Part shown: positions 29,031 through 42,557 of the stretch, piece after piece
Numbering within the stretch: the first letter of the stretch is position 1
Layout: every line of letters starts with the position of its first letter
The notes under the pieces: generated by a model
What the model was told of the DNA's origin: nothing
Databases searched by the model: none
Seen by the model: the letters and a program-made list of their open reading frames with translations, nothing else
DNA from: Octopus vulgaris
Taxonomy: Eukaryota
DNA length: 64,000 nt
Reading direction: 5' to 3'
Assembly: GCA_951406725.2 (NCBI GenBank)
Contig: OX597816.1
Span: 126,418,001-126,482,000, forward strand
Position numbers and translations under genes: made by a program

Positions 29031-30580
29031 ATCATCATCATCATCATCATCATCGTTTAACGTCCGCTTTCCATGCTAGCATGGGTTGGACGGTTCAACT
29101 GGGGTCTGGGAAGCCCGAGGCTGCACCAGGCCAGTCAGATGTGGCAGTGTTTCTACAGCTGGATGCCCTTCCTAACGCCAACCACTCCGAGAGTGTAGTG
29201 GGTGATTTTATGTGCCACCGACACAGGTGCCAGACGAGGCTGGCAGACGGCCACGCTCGGATGGTGTTTTTTATGTGCCACCGACACAGGTGCCAGACGA
29301 GGCTGGCAGACGGCCACGCTCGGATGGTGTTTTTTATGTGCCACCGACACAGGTGCCAGACGAGGCTGGCAGACGGCCACGCTCGGATGGTGTTTTTTAT
29401 GTGCCACCGACACAGGTGCCAGACGAGGCTGGCAGACGGCCACGCTCGGATGGTGTTTTCTTATGTGTCACCGACACAGGTGCTAGACGAGGCTGGCGGA
29501 CGGCCACACTCGGATGGTGTTTGTTACGTGCCCTCAGCACGGAGGCCAGTCATTGCGGTACTGGCTACGGTCACGTTCGGATGGTTTTCTTATGTGCCAC
29601 CGGCACTGGTACCACAAGGATACAAATTCCATTGATGTTCATCTATTTTGATTTGGTTCGATTTGATTTGATACGATTCGATTCTCACTTGCCTCAACAG
29701 GTCTTCACAAGTGTCACAAGAAGGAAGGTATGCACAGGTGGACTGACTACGTCCCAGGTAGGGGCCACGGATTATGGCTTCACTAGTCTTGCCGGGTCTT
29801 CTCACGCACAGCATACTTCCATAGGTCTCGGTCTCTAGTCATTTCCATGGTGAGACCTAACGTCCGAAGGTCGTGCTTCACCACCTCATCCCAGGTTTTC
29901 CTGGGTCTACCTCTTCCACGGGTTCCCTCAACTGCTAGGGATTGGCACTTTCTCACACACCTCTCTACATCCATTCTCGCCACATGACCATACCAGCGCA
30001 ATCGTCTCTCTTGCACACAACAACTGATGCTTCTTAGGTACAACATTTCTCTCAAGGTACTAACGCTCTGTCGAGTAAGTACACTGACATTACACATCCA
30101 TCGGAGCATACTGGCTTCGTTCCTCACGAGCTTACGCATGTCCTCAGCAGTCACGGCCCATGTTTCACTGCCATGTAGCATAGCTGTTCGTACACATGCA
30201 TCATACAGTCTGCCTTTTACTCTGAGCGAGAGGCCTTTAGTCACCAGCAGAGGTAAGAGCTCCCTAAACTTTGCCCAGGCTATTCTTATTCTAGCAGTTA
30301 CACTTTCAGCGCACCCACCCCCACTACTGACTTGGTCACCTAGATAGCGGAAACTATCAACTACTTCTAGTTTTTCCCCCCGGAAAGTGACAGAAGTTGT
30401 TTTCTGCAGATTTTCGGAGGTCAGTGCTCCAGAGCACCTGCCACATACAAAAACTATCTTCCCAGTTAGCCTACCTTTGACATTGCTGCACCTCTTATGT
30501 GTCCATAGCTTACACTGGGTACATCTTATAGAGTTTCTACCTACACCTTTTCTACAGATCGAGCAGGGCCATCTTCCTGA
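29031..30580 (-). mobile_element. Young 5'-truncated RTE-clade LINE (PHD-like finger, RT C-terminus, 63-bp tandem 3' UTR)
   Basis: Open frame through FRYLG...RLRWYGHVARM...RGRGRPRKTW...EKTRQD*. 63-bp repeats at about 29210-29530; (CAT)n at 29031. Confidence 0.93.
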
Positions 30581-30646
30581 TATTTATTATATATATTTAT
30601 ATATATATATATATATTTATTATATACATATATATATATATATATA

Positions 30647-31366
30647 TTGAACCAGCCAGGATCCCTGGTCTGGTGGTACGTAAAAAGCACTATCCGACTC
30701 GTGGCCGATGCCTCCACTGGCTTCCGTGCCGGTGGCACGTAAAATACACCAATCTGACCGTACGACAGGCACCCATGCCAACCCCCTTGCTTGCGAAGAC
30801 ATGTTGGGGCAAGCGAAAACGAAATCGAAATCGAATTGAACCAGCCAGGATCCCTGGTCTGGTGGTACGTAAAAAGCACTATCCGACTCGTGGCCGATGC
30901 CAGCGCCGCCTCCACTGGCTTCCGTGCCGGTGGCACGTAAAATACACCAATCTGACCGTACGACAGGCACCCATGCCAACCCCATTGCTTGCAAAGACAT
31001 GTTGGGGCAAGCGAAATCGAAATCGAATTGAACCAGCCAGGATCCCTGGTCTGGTGGTACGTAAAAAGCACTATCCGACTCGTGGCCGATGCCAGCACCC
31101 CCTCGTTTGGCTTCCGTGCAGGTGGCACATAAAATACACCAATCCGACCGTGGCCGTTGCCAGCCTCGCCTGGCACCTGTGCAGGTGGCACGTGAAAAGC
31201 ACCCACTACACTCACGGAGTGGTTGGCGTTAGGAAGGGCATCCAGCTGTAGAAACACTGCCAGATAAGACTGGAGCCTGGTGCAGCCTTCTGGCTTTCCA
31301 GATCCCCGGTTGAACCGTCCAACCCATGCTAGCATGGAGAACGGACGTTAAACGATGATGATGATG

Positions 31367-31368
<2 letters not shown>
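30647..31368 (+). mobile_element. RTE 3' UTR variant with three units of about 190 bp and (ATG)n tail
   Basis: ttgaaccagccaggatccc at 30647, 30836 and 31028; canonical RTE terminus. Confidence 0.88.
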
Positions 31369-31443
<75 letters not shown>

Positions 31444-31454
31444 TATATATATAC

Positions 31455-31790
31455 ATTTTCGATTCCCAGACCGGGTGTTGTGAGTGTTTATTGAGCGAAA
31501 ACACCTAAAGCTCCACGAGTCTCCGGCAGGGGATGGTGGTGATCCCTGCTGTACTCTTTCACCACAACTTTCTCTCACTCTTACTTCCTGTTTCTGTTGT
31601 ACCTGTATTTCAAAGGGCCGGCCTTGTCACTCTCTGTGTCACGCTGAATATCCCCGAGAACTACGTTAAGGGTACACGTGTCTGTGGAGTGCTCAGCCAC
31701 TTACATGTTAATTTCACGAGCAGGCTGTTCCGTTGATTCGGATCAACTGGAACCCTCGTCGTCGTAACCGACGGAGTGCTTCCATCATCC
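31455..31790 (+). mobile_element. SINE-like repeat (family D), probably 5'-truncated
   Basis: Starts with a B-box-like ttcgattccc, has a GC-richer body and a short (CCAT)-type tail, and has an older homologue at 2003-2185. Confidence 0.65.
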
Positions 31791-32504
31791 ATCCATCATA
31801 CATATATATATTATATATATACATATATATATTATATTATATTATATTATATATATATATATATACATGTATGTATGTATGTATATATATGTATATATAC
31901 ACACACACTATATTCGTGAACTTCCACTACACATCTTTTGATGGTGCTATCTAGATAGCAATAATTATATATATCCTGTTACAAATGTGATGTTATTGAA
32001 CAGGTTCTTTATAAGTAGTCAATATATAGCAAGTCAACAAGTCAAATATACCATCAACAAATGCTGCACTCACAATTTCATTTTGGAATGGAATTTTTAT
32101 TGTGAGAAAAGAAAAATTAATATAACCTTTAGAACCTACCAAATCTATACATTGCTATTTAAGTCTGTGTTATCAAGATGTTTCCAGTGAGCAGTCCTTG
32201 CATCGGAAAATCTTTTATTCTTAGCACTAATCAGTCTTTACCAGAAATTTACTTATTCCTGAATAGAATACTATCTTATGAATTTACTTAGGGTAAAATG
32301 GCAAGATCAGATGTTTGGCTTTTCCAATCAATTAACTATAGTATGTGTCATTTTTTTTTTATCTGTATGGAAACAACACATAGATAAACGAGGAAGTTAG
32401 CAGCCCAGAAAAATAATATTCTTACAAAAATCTATTTGTCTGAAGCTTTACTTAGTTCAGATTTCAGATGCTGTTTTCATTTTGAAATTATTAAAAGAAA
32501 AAAC

Positions 32505-32892
32505 GCAGGAGTGGCCGTGTGGTAAGTAGCTTGCTAACCAATCACATAGTTCCGGGTTCAGTCCCACTGCGTGGCATCTTGGGCAAGTGTCTTCTACTAT
32601 GACCCCGGGCCGACCAATGCCTTGTGAGTAGATTTGGTAGACGGAAACTAAAAGAAGCTTGACGTATATATGTATATATATATATGTGTGTGTCTGTGTT
32701 TGTCCCCCTAGCATTGCTTGACAACCAATGCTGGTGTGTTTACGTCCCCGTCACTTAGCGGTTCGGCAAAAGAGACCGATAGAATAAGTACTGGGCTTAC
32801 AAAGAATAAGTCCTGGGGTCGATTTGCTCGACTAAAGGCGGTGCTCCAGCATGGCCACAGTCAAATGACTGAAACAAGTAAAAAAGTAAAAA
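32505..32892 (+). mobile_element. Full-length tRNA-derived SINE (family C)
   Basis: A-box TGGCCGTGTGG, B-box GGTTCAGTCCC, CORE-like cttgggcaagtgtct, central (TA)(TG) tract and LINE-like tail ggcggtgctccagcatggccacagtcaaatgactgaaac. Confidence 0.9.
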
Positions 32893-33068
32893 TGTAAAGA
32901 GTTCTCTGTATATAATAATAAAAACTTTTTCATGCTTGTATTGATATAGCAAATCTTACATTTTACTTCGACTGTAATTCAGTCATGTGCCAGTAAATTT
33001 TTTTTATTTTACAAGAAACAAATATTTCATTTACTAATTTGAAATGTCATTGTACTATGTAATCTAAA

Positions 33069-34073
33069 ATCATCATCATCATCATCATCATTTAGCGTCC
33101 GCTTTCCATGCTAGCATGGGTTGGACGGGTCAACTGGGGTCTGTGAAGCTGGAAGGCTTCGTCAGGCCTAGTCAGATCTGGCAGTGTTTCTACGGCTGGA
33201 TGCCCTTCCTAACGCCAACCACTCCACGAGTGTAGTGGGTGTTTTTTACGTGCCACCTGCACAGGTACCAGACAGAGCTGGCCAACAGCCACGAACGGAT
33301 GGTGCTTTTACGTGTCACCGGCACGGGGCCAGGCGATGCTGGCAACGGACACGAACGGATGGTGCTTTTACGTGCCACCGACACAGTTGCCAGACAGAGC
33401 TGGCACACGGCCACGAACGGACGGTGCTTTTACGTGTCACCGACACAGGGGCCAGCCGAGGCTGGCAACGGACACGAACGGATGGTGCTTTTTACGTGCC
33501 ACCGACACGGGGCCAGACAGAGCTGGCAAACGGCCACGAACGGATGGTGCTTTTACGTGTCACCGGCACGGGGCCAGGCGAGGCTGGCAACGAACACGAA
33601 CGGATGGTGCTTTTACGTGCCACCGACACGGGGGCCAGACAGAGCTGGCAAACGGCCATGAGCGAATGGTGCTTTTACGTATCACCGACACGGGTGCCAG
33701 ACGAGGCTGACAGCGGACACGAACGGATGGGTCACTAACCCCTGCTTTCTGATATATGATTTGATTTTGATTGTTCTCACTGGTCTTGCCGGGTCTTCTG
33801 ACGCACAGCATACTTCCATAGGTCTCGGTCTCTGGTCATTTCCTTGGTGAGACCTAGTGTTCGAAGGTCGTGCTTCACCACCTCGACCCAGGTTTTCCTG
33901 GGTCTACCTCTTCCACAGGTCCCCTCAACTGCCAGAGTGTGGCACTTTTTCACACACCTATCTTCATCCATTCTCGCCACATGACCATACCAGCGCAATC
34001 GTCTCTCTTGCACACAATATCTGATGCCTCTTAGGTCCAACTTTTCTCTCAAGGTACTTACACTCTGTCGACT
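33069..34073 (-). mobile_element. 5'-truncated RTE-clade LINE with about 8 tandem 60-bp 3' UTR units
   Basis: ORF 33777..34052 (RLRWYGHVARM...GRGRPRKTW); repeats 33240-33730; (CAT)n at 33069. Confidence 0.92.
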
Positions 34074-34278
34074 ATGTATATTAAATTATGTATATTAAAT
34101 GTATATTAAATTATGAAAATCTAATATAAGCATTGAATTTTTAAGGTTTTTCAGAAACACTGATAAATACTTTCAAAGTAATAGCAGTTTAATTGTTTTC
34201 TGCCCCAGTAACTTATGGATCAAGGGTATAATTCACAAATTACCATGGTTATTTTCATTCACTGTTAATAACTTTAAC

Positions 34279-34309
<31 letters not shown>

Positions 34310-34353
34310 TATCTCCCTCTCTCACACACACAATGACTCACACTCATATCTTA

Positions 34354-35004
34354 TATCTTTTACTTGTTTCAATCACTGAACTGCAGCTATAGCTATGCTG
34401 GAATACAAGCTTGAAGGGCTCAGTTGAACAAATCAACCCCAGTATATAGATTCTTAAAAAATCTGGTATTTATACTCTTTGTCACCTTTGGTGAACTACT
34501 AGGCTACGGGGATGTAAACAAACCAACACTGATTGTTAAGCCATGGTGGCAGACAAAGATAAAGACACACACACACAATTATATACATATATATAATTCT
34601 TTCTGTTGTGTCTGGGGAGAGTCATTTTCTTTTTGTGCCTTATAAGAGAGTCAAGACTGTTGAAAAGGTTGCAAGATGCAACAAAAAATTTTAGGAAACT
34701 AAAAATAACAAATAAGCAGAAATTTTTACCGTGAGAGTGTTACATTATAAGGCACAAAAAGAATATGACTCTCCCCAGACACAACAGAATATGCTTCAAC
34801 ACACGAACTCATAAAGAATCTTGCAAACCAAATCCAAAAACGAAATATAATTCTTTCAGTTTCCATCTACTAAGTCCACTCACATGGCTTTGGTCAACCT
34901 GAGCCATATTAAAAGAAATTTGAACATGGTGCCACACCATAGGACTGAACCTAAACCATGTAGTTGGGAAGCAAACTTCTTACCACATAGGTATTCCTGC
35001 ACCT
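34354..35004 (-). mobile_element. Degraded family C SINE interrupted at its central TA tract
   Basis: Tail at 34354 and head at 35004 are collinear with the reverse complement of 32505-32892. Confidence 0.75.
34591..34857. mobile_element. Insertion with 13-bp flanking direct repeat and 45-bp internal inverted repeat (Penelope-like remnant?)
   Basis: atataattctttc at 34591-34603 and 34845-34857; inverted repeat 34601-34645 / 34745-34789 with one mismatch. Confidence 0.6.
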
Positions 35005-37249
35005 GTATATTATATGATTCATCTAAACTAAAATACAATTATGTATGAATTGAAGCAGATCAATTGTAAATGCTTTCAAAATAAATTCACATTATCATAT
35101 ATATATTTTTTTAAATAAGTAGAAATATGAAATTAATGTTTAGAAAATCCAGTGAATTCAATGTGTTAAATTCTACACAATTCACATTTTGTTACACATG
35201 ACAAATAGGTTTTTGACAAGCTTATTGTTGTTTACAGTTGTGTAGCAGAAGATTGCAGCAGCATTTAATGTTTAATCAATTGATACTTGATTAATAAATC
35301 ATGAACAGATAAAGTCTGAGCCAAGGGATGCAATTTATTTTACTGTTTATGATTGGTGTATTTCTTTTAATTAGATTATATGAGTTTAGGATTTTGTACT
35401 TTCATATCAAGAGGGCTTTGAATGTCTTATTGAAAGTTTGGATTAAAGCAAAAAATAACTTAAATTAAGCTCTGAATACCAGACTTTGAAGTTAAACTTA
35501 ACTTTGCACACATTCAATAGATACAAAAATACAGCTTTAGGAGATATTCAGTTGTGCCCATCTTAGTGTTACTTTTGATGTGTTCAATATATATTTATAT
35601 TAATTGAAATTTTATCTTGCTGATTTGAATAAAATGACATTAGTAACGGATTGTAGATGACTGATTATATTTCTTCTGTAATCAAAATGAATACCGCACC
35701 TAGGGATAAAATACTTTTTACACATTTATTTAAAATTATATCATTTACATTCTGACAGTTTGCAACATGAAACAAAACTTGATAAATTGCTGTATGAGTA
35801 CACATAATAATTTGCAAATTAGAACATATTAATCTGAATATGGGAAAAATGAAAACTGAATATTTTAAATCATAACACTAGCCTTTAGTTTTCTTAGACA
35901 AAAGAAAAATTATAACAATATCTTTGTACATTATTTTTAATGTTCATCTCCCACAAAGTTGGAAGTAATGCTCCTTCAAACAAATAAAAGGAAAAAAATC
36001 TAATACAAAAGATAACGTGCAACAGGGAAGAACTTTTCCTCTCGTGTATTCAGAAAATTTGCCATTGCTGATGTGTAGGTGTTTCATTTTTCAAATGCTG
36101 CCTAGCAAACAATGAAACTAACACATAATAAAATTTTCTTCAAATGTACTCGCAAGCAATTTTGCTTATGTGCACTCATTTTAATTTGATCAGTAGAATA
36201 TATCAGTGTAAGAATCCAATTATAACTTGTATTTGAGATTGTAATGTTGTACTTATGAGATAGAAAAGAAAGAAATTAAGGAGAAACAGAGAAAGAAAGA
36301 GAGAGAGGGTGAACTTACACAAGTAAGTGAATAAAAGATTAGTTGAAAAAAATTCCCACTTGTTAAGAGTTAAATTGACAATGATTAAGGGAATAAGATG
36401 GATTCTCTCCATCCATCAGCAATAGTTTTTAAGATTCTAATGTGCAACCAAATATCAGAAGTTCATATACTTGTATGGCATGTTGATTTTAAAATTACGC
36501 TGAAAAGAATTTATCTAAATTTTAAATGAGAAAGTAGGAAACATGGTGAACCCTCCAAAGACTGTACCCTCTTAAACCAGAGAGATAAACTAAATGAAAT
36601 CTGAGTTAAAAGAATACCTGTCAGATCTGACTTTAACATCCCTTTTGAGCCTTAGTTTTGTAAGGCATATATTCTTGTTGTGCTAAGTGAGTACTGCATA
36701 ATCATCAACAATGGTAAATGCATCATAGATATAAAGATCAATCATAGGATACAATGCAAAACCATTTTTTTTTTTGTCTTTGTTAATATTATGGCTGTTG
36801 TTATGAGATTGCTGTGTATTTCACATGTTACTATAAGTGAGAAAATGGCTAAAATAAGAATGGCAAGCAACATTTTGCCAATATGCAAGCTATATATTAT
36901 ACATTTTTACACCCCTTTCTAAGAGATAAATAATCACCTCTTCTTCTACTTGCTATATTTGCATCTACCTCCACCACATAAAATTGATTTATCATCAATC
37001 ACAAATATATGAAATTTACAATTTACAATTTTATATATTTAAAATTTACATTTGGTAACATTAAATAATTTTGCAAATTAATTATGTATATTATATATAG
37101 TTATATGATGTTTATAGAATTTTCTCTCATTTTGAATTTATAATTCATTTTTGCTCTACTGAGTATATACATTTCCAACATACTTATATATAATATTAAT
37201 CCACATCCTTGGCTAAGTAAAATCAAGCCAAGTAAAATAACAGTTGTGA

Positions 37250-37415
37250 CAGATATTGGTGTCTGCAAATGGCACTCGTGCCAGTGGCACATAAAAGCGC
37301 CTTTTACACTCTCGAAGTGGTTGGCATTAGGAAGGGCATCCAGTCACAAAAATCATGCCAAATCAGATTGGAGTCTGGTACAGGCATCCAGTTTGCCAGC
37401 CCTGGTCAAAACGTC
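37250..37415 (+). mobile_element. Degraded RTE 3' UTR fragment
   Basis: gtggttggcattaggaagggcatccag motif. Confidence 0.75.
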
Positions 37416-39007
37416 TGAGATGAGTAGTACTTGGAAACTTGAGTTTTCCTCCAGTCCACTTTCATATCCCATGATTGGGCCCTATGTAGCAGACTACTTG
37501 TCCTTTTTTACTTTCATCACTGGCTTTTCTCCTTTTTCATGAACTTGTGTGTGCATTGTGCTGTGCTGTGTGCATTTGTGTGAGTGTGCATAGGTCACAT
37601 GAGCTTATGGTGACATATTGCCTACAGTTCAGGGTCAAAACATCTGATGATAGTAGAATACCATCTAATGGCATCGATTCTTTCTGGCCAAAGCTCCATT
37701 CATTTAGGTGAAGGGGAAAAGAAGCACTTTCTCCTAGGTGTTATCATAACAGCCAATTTTCTGTTACTGAACATTTTCGTGATGAAAATACAAAAGAACA
37801 AATAGTGCTCCCTTCACTATATATAAGGAGTTCATTTCCCCAAAACCTAACAATTAACTCAGGTATACCTAAATATATATTCATGATAACGCCTGCACTT
37901 CAAAAGACAGACTTCTCTCCCACATCTCTATGTCTCTCCCTATCTATTTCCATCTCATGTTTACCTTTTTTTCATTGCACTAACACATATACAAACAACT
38001 AGTGTGGACAGTGGCTACTTGATAAAAGGCACCAATCTAAGAGACATGACTCAGTCTTGTAGCTTTTAAAGTTTTCTTTATGGATATAGTGGATTCAGAC
38101 CATCAGTAATGAAGAATCCAAGCTATACTTTCCCATCCACCCATATCTTGTAATTGCTAAGATATTTCTCTGTTATTTTGGAATGTTCTTCAGCATGAAG
38201 CCATTCAGTAACATAAATTGACTGTTATGAGGTTAATTTTAAATTATCAACATAAATAATGAAACCACTCAATTGCCTAAAATACAGATACCTGTTATTT
38301 ACTGATTTCTGAAAACTTATTGGACAACTATGGTGTGTGTGTGTGTGAGTTTATTTGGTTCAGCCTTCAAATCTCAGAAGATGACCTGGTTACCAACTTC
38401 ATACTTTGTACTCCCTGAGGTGGCATATTTGTGTGCATAAGTAAGTAATTAATTATTCATAAACACATTCTAAGTTTATACTGGTAGATGCTTATAAGTT
38501 TACCAACATTATTTTCTTTCTAGCATTTGTCCGTATATCACCCAATTATCACTTCTCCTTTCTTTGTACGCATCTAGAATATATTTTATCTATTTTGCTG
38601 AAACCTAATTTTAAGATTTAAACTATAACAGAAAAATGTCTTAATAAATTTTACATTTTATACATTGCAAACAGCAAGAGAGAGGTAACAAACAAATGAA
38701 TTAATTAAATAAAAATAATACAAATACAAAAGGAAAAAGAAATAAAAGCAAATGCTAGTCCTCTTAGAATTGATTATCAAACAATTGCAATGGAATTGCT
38801 TAAGTGACCAGATTCCATTTGTGCAACAAAAATGTGATGCATCATGAAGTAAATTAAAATTTGAGATGAATTCAACAGATTTGTGCATACATCTCTGAAA
38901 CATATATATATATGCACACACACAAGCATACATATAATATATATATATCCTCCTCATCATCATTTAATATCCATGTTCTTTGCTGCTAAGAATTTGGCAT
39001 ATGTATG

Positions 39008-39044
<37 letters not shown>

Positions 39045-39611
39045 TACAAAAATGGGACAAGAATGCAAAACATCCAGACAGGTGATAAAAAAAAAGGGAC
39101 AACAAAACATCCAGACAGATGATACAAAGAAAACAAGGATGGGTCATTTGGAGTTTTCTTTCCTCAGTCGAGTTCCAGGTTATCTTTGCAATTTCAGCTG
39201 GTTATACTCGAGATTGCTCCAATCTGGCTAGCTCCCAAGGAAAAACTATGCTAAGAGCATTAGATTCCTTAGAAGAAAGCAGCAAATGTATATGAAAACA
39301 AGGACAAGAAAAAGTGGAGAAATGTTACACAAATACAAATGCAAATAATAGGGCATAACAGCAAGTGTCTTTCTTCTAAGGACAAATTAAATTAAGCTGG
39401 CGTTTGTGGAAGTAAAGCCTTACAGCAAGGACATAAGATTTGACAGGTACAGTGAGTAATATAGATGTTGCACAGATGGTAGTCGAACCAAGAAAGCAAG
39501 GTCAGGCTTGGCCGGACACTGGTCGCGTGGGGAGAGAAGAGGTAGAGGGCTAGAAGAATTAAGGAGGCGTGAGAAACAAAATGAAAGGGACAGAGTGAAG
39601 TGAAAGAGGAG

Positions 39612-39775
39612 GGTTATTTTAATGAGTTATATCTATTTATCACCTGAGAGACACATCTGCACTATTGGATGCTCTGGAACCAGTTAAGTTTGCCAACCAG
39701 TATGGATCAAAACGATTGTAGTGATTAATAAAAAAATTCCTGTATCTCCCATCTTCCATTTCTCATTTACTATAT
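39612..39775 (+). repeat. Penelope-like terminal fragment with degenerate hammerhead (copy 1)
   Basis: Similar to 42043-42230; ATCAC-CTGAGA-GACACATCTGCAC...AAAACGATTGTA-GTGAT. Confidence 0.6.
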
Positions 39776-39789
39776 GTATACATATATAT

Positions 39790-40020
39790 GTGTGTGTCTT
39801 TGTGTCAGTGTTTGTCCTCCCGCCACCACTTGACAACCGATATTGGTATATGTATATCTCTGTAACTTAGCGGTTCAGCAAAAGTGTTCAATAAAATAAG
39901 TACCAGGTTTAACAAAAATATTGGGGTTGATTCATTCGACTAAAGATTCTTGAAGTTGTTGCCCCAGCATGGCAGCAGTCTAATGATTCAAACAAATAAA
40001 AGGTCAAAAACAAGTAAAAA
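39790..40020 (+). mobile_element. 3' half of a family C SINE
   Basis: gtgtttgtcc...taacttagcggttcagcaaaag...gccccagcatggcagcagtctaatg. Confidence 0.75.
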
Positions 40021-40099
40021 GTCTATATGTAAGTGTGTGTGTGTGTAGTTTTGTATGTGTGAATGATAAAGAGAAATCTCTTGGTTATATATACACACA

Positions 40100-40951
40100 C
40101 ACACATATATATATATAAATGAGTTCAGCAAAAATTTAGATTCAGATGAATATGGTACTTAAGATGAGGCACCAGAATTTAGTATGATATTATCCATACA
40201 ATTTCAAAGTAAGGTGATTAAAATCAAAATAAAGCAACAAGGATATCCAGAAGTAATACAGTACAATCGTTTTATCCAATTCCATTTAATTGAATAATGC
40301 AATCATTACATCAATTTAAAATGTAGAGCAATTTTCAGCCGCACAAAGACATAAAATTTAATTAAATTAGAACAGGTGGACACATTAGTATAATTATACC
40401 TAAAATCTCCAAGAGGTTAAGGAGATAGATAAAGACACAAGCTAATTAAGTAAATAAACAATTTTTAATTTTAAATACTTGAATTATTACATATTTTCTA
40501 TAAATCTTCTCTATTGAAGTTACTAAGTTGTATATATACTTCATCATGAGTTTAGTGATTAAGCTATTTTATATTCTTTTCTACCCAATAATTTTGATAT
40601 CTTATAATTACCTTTAGAAAAACTTAAATTTTTGTACCTCTATAATTCCATATTTAGCTTATATTAGAAACAATACGGGTATCTTCACAATTTAGAATTA
40701 AACTGCCTAAATTATAATTTAACTAATTTGTTGTATATTTGTTCTCTCACCTAAATAATAAATCTTACTGATAACCCTAAATTTTAACTTTATACAATAA
40801 TGACATATTGTTTAAAATAGTTTTAGTAACTAAGTTTTTTATCCCTTTCTTAAAGTGGTCCATCCTCTTAAGTTTTGTATTTATATTGGCTTTATACAAA
40901 CAGCCCTTCTAATTAAGTACCCCTTATTATCCTTGTTGCTTATTTTGATTA
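40100..40951 (-). mobile_element. Degraded Penelope-like element (possible GIY-YIG remnant, inverted terminal segment, degenerate hammerhead)
   Basis: Inverted match between 40222-40245 and 40928-40950. Minus strand reads LLYKVKI...IYYLGE across a stop and frameshift (about 40740-40800). Hammerhead-like motif at 40258-40342; TA flanks. Confidence 0.45.
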
Positions 40952-40990
40952 TATATATATATATTTATGTATATATATATGCATGTATAT

Positions 40991-41120
40991 ATCATCATCA
41001 TCGTTTAATGCCCACTTTCCATGCTAGCATGGGTTGGACAATTTGACTGAGATCTGGTAAACCAGATGGCTGCACCAGACTCCAATCTGATCTGGCAGAG
41101 TTTCTACAGCTGGATGCCCT
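40991..41120 (-). mobile_element. RTE 3' terminal fragment
   Basis: (CAT)n-cgtttaatgcccactttccatgctagcatggg. Confidence 0.85.
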
Positions 41121-41534
41121 AAATATATATATATATATATATTTAGATAGATAGATAGATATATTTAGATAGATAGATAGATAGATAAATAGATAAATAT
41201 AGATAGATGTATAGATATATACTTACATATGTATGTACAAGTTAGCTTTGTTGGCAAGTGGCTCAATCAGAAATTAAATGTTGAAAATGAAACAATTATA
41301 TTGTAGGAGAATAATTTTAGCCATTTAAGAGCATACAATACAAAGTAATATCAAGTGTTGAAAAGTTCTATCACAAATCTGTGATATGGTTATTGACATA
41401 ATTTGGAGCTGAGAGAGTGATAAGTTTGCAAAAATGTGATAAAACCTTTTGGCCCCTTCCTTGAAAAGAGGATGTAATACTTTTTGTATGTTCATAATTA
41501 GCTAGATTTACTCTCTTCCATAATTTAACTGTCT

Positions 41535-41907
<373 letters not shown>

Positions 41908-42042
41908 ATTTACTTTTTTTGCAGCATTGTGTGTTCATTTCTTTTTTGTATCATTTTATTATTGATCTTCTATGTAAATGAACCAATGTCCTTTAATTTG
42001 CTGCTTTCCTTTACATGAAATGAGAAGATACATTGTGGAAGA

Positions 42043-42230
42043 GTGATTTTAATGAGTTATATCTATTTATCACCTACGAGACACATCTGCACCATTGGTT
42101 GCTTCTGAACCAGTTGTTAAGTTTGACACTGAGGAGGGATCAATGCTAGATGTGTAGATGTGTCAAAACGATTGTAGTGATTAATAAGGAAAATTCCCAT
42201 ATCTCACATCCGTTTCTCATTTATCATATA
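42043..42230 (+). repeat. Penelope-like terminal fragment with degenerate hammerhead (copy 2)
   Basis: ATCAC-CTACGA-GACACATCTGCAC...GTGTAGATGTGTC-AAAAC-GATT-GTA-GTGAT (42069-42181). Confidence 0.6.
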
Positions 42231-42354
42231 TATTTGTATATATGTTTGTATATTCACATATATGTATACAAATATATACACACACATACATATATATATA
42301 TGCATATACACATACATATATGTATACATATATATATATACACATACATATATG

Positions 42355-42390
<36 letters not shown>

Positions 42391-42520
42391 CATATATATA
42401 TATATTTATATCATATATGTGTGTGTGCATTTTTGGTTGTTTTTTCTTCTTTTGTTCCAGTTTGAGGACTGTGGCCATGCTGGATATATACATATATATA
42501 TACACACACATACATATAAT

Positions 42521-42557
<37 letters not shown>

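Noticed and set aside
29209-29530. Regular 63-bp repeats (and 21331-23706) superficially like a CRISPR array
   Set aside because: There are no unique spacers and no cas genes, the context is eukaryotic, and they are LINE 3' UTR tandem repeats.
39147-39167. Minus-strand CTGAGGA...CAAA hammerhead-like motif (similar weak cases at 60925-60946 plus and about 14960-15012 minus)
   Set aside because: The cores are incomplete and the stems do not pair convincingly. They may be Penelope-like relics but are too degenerate to call.
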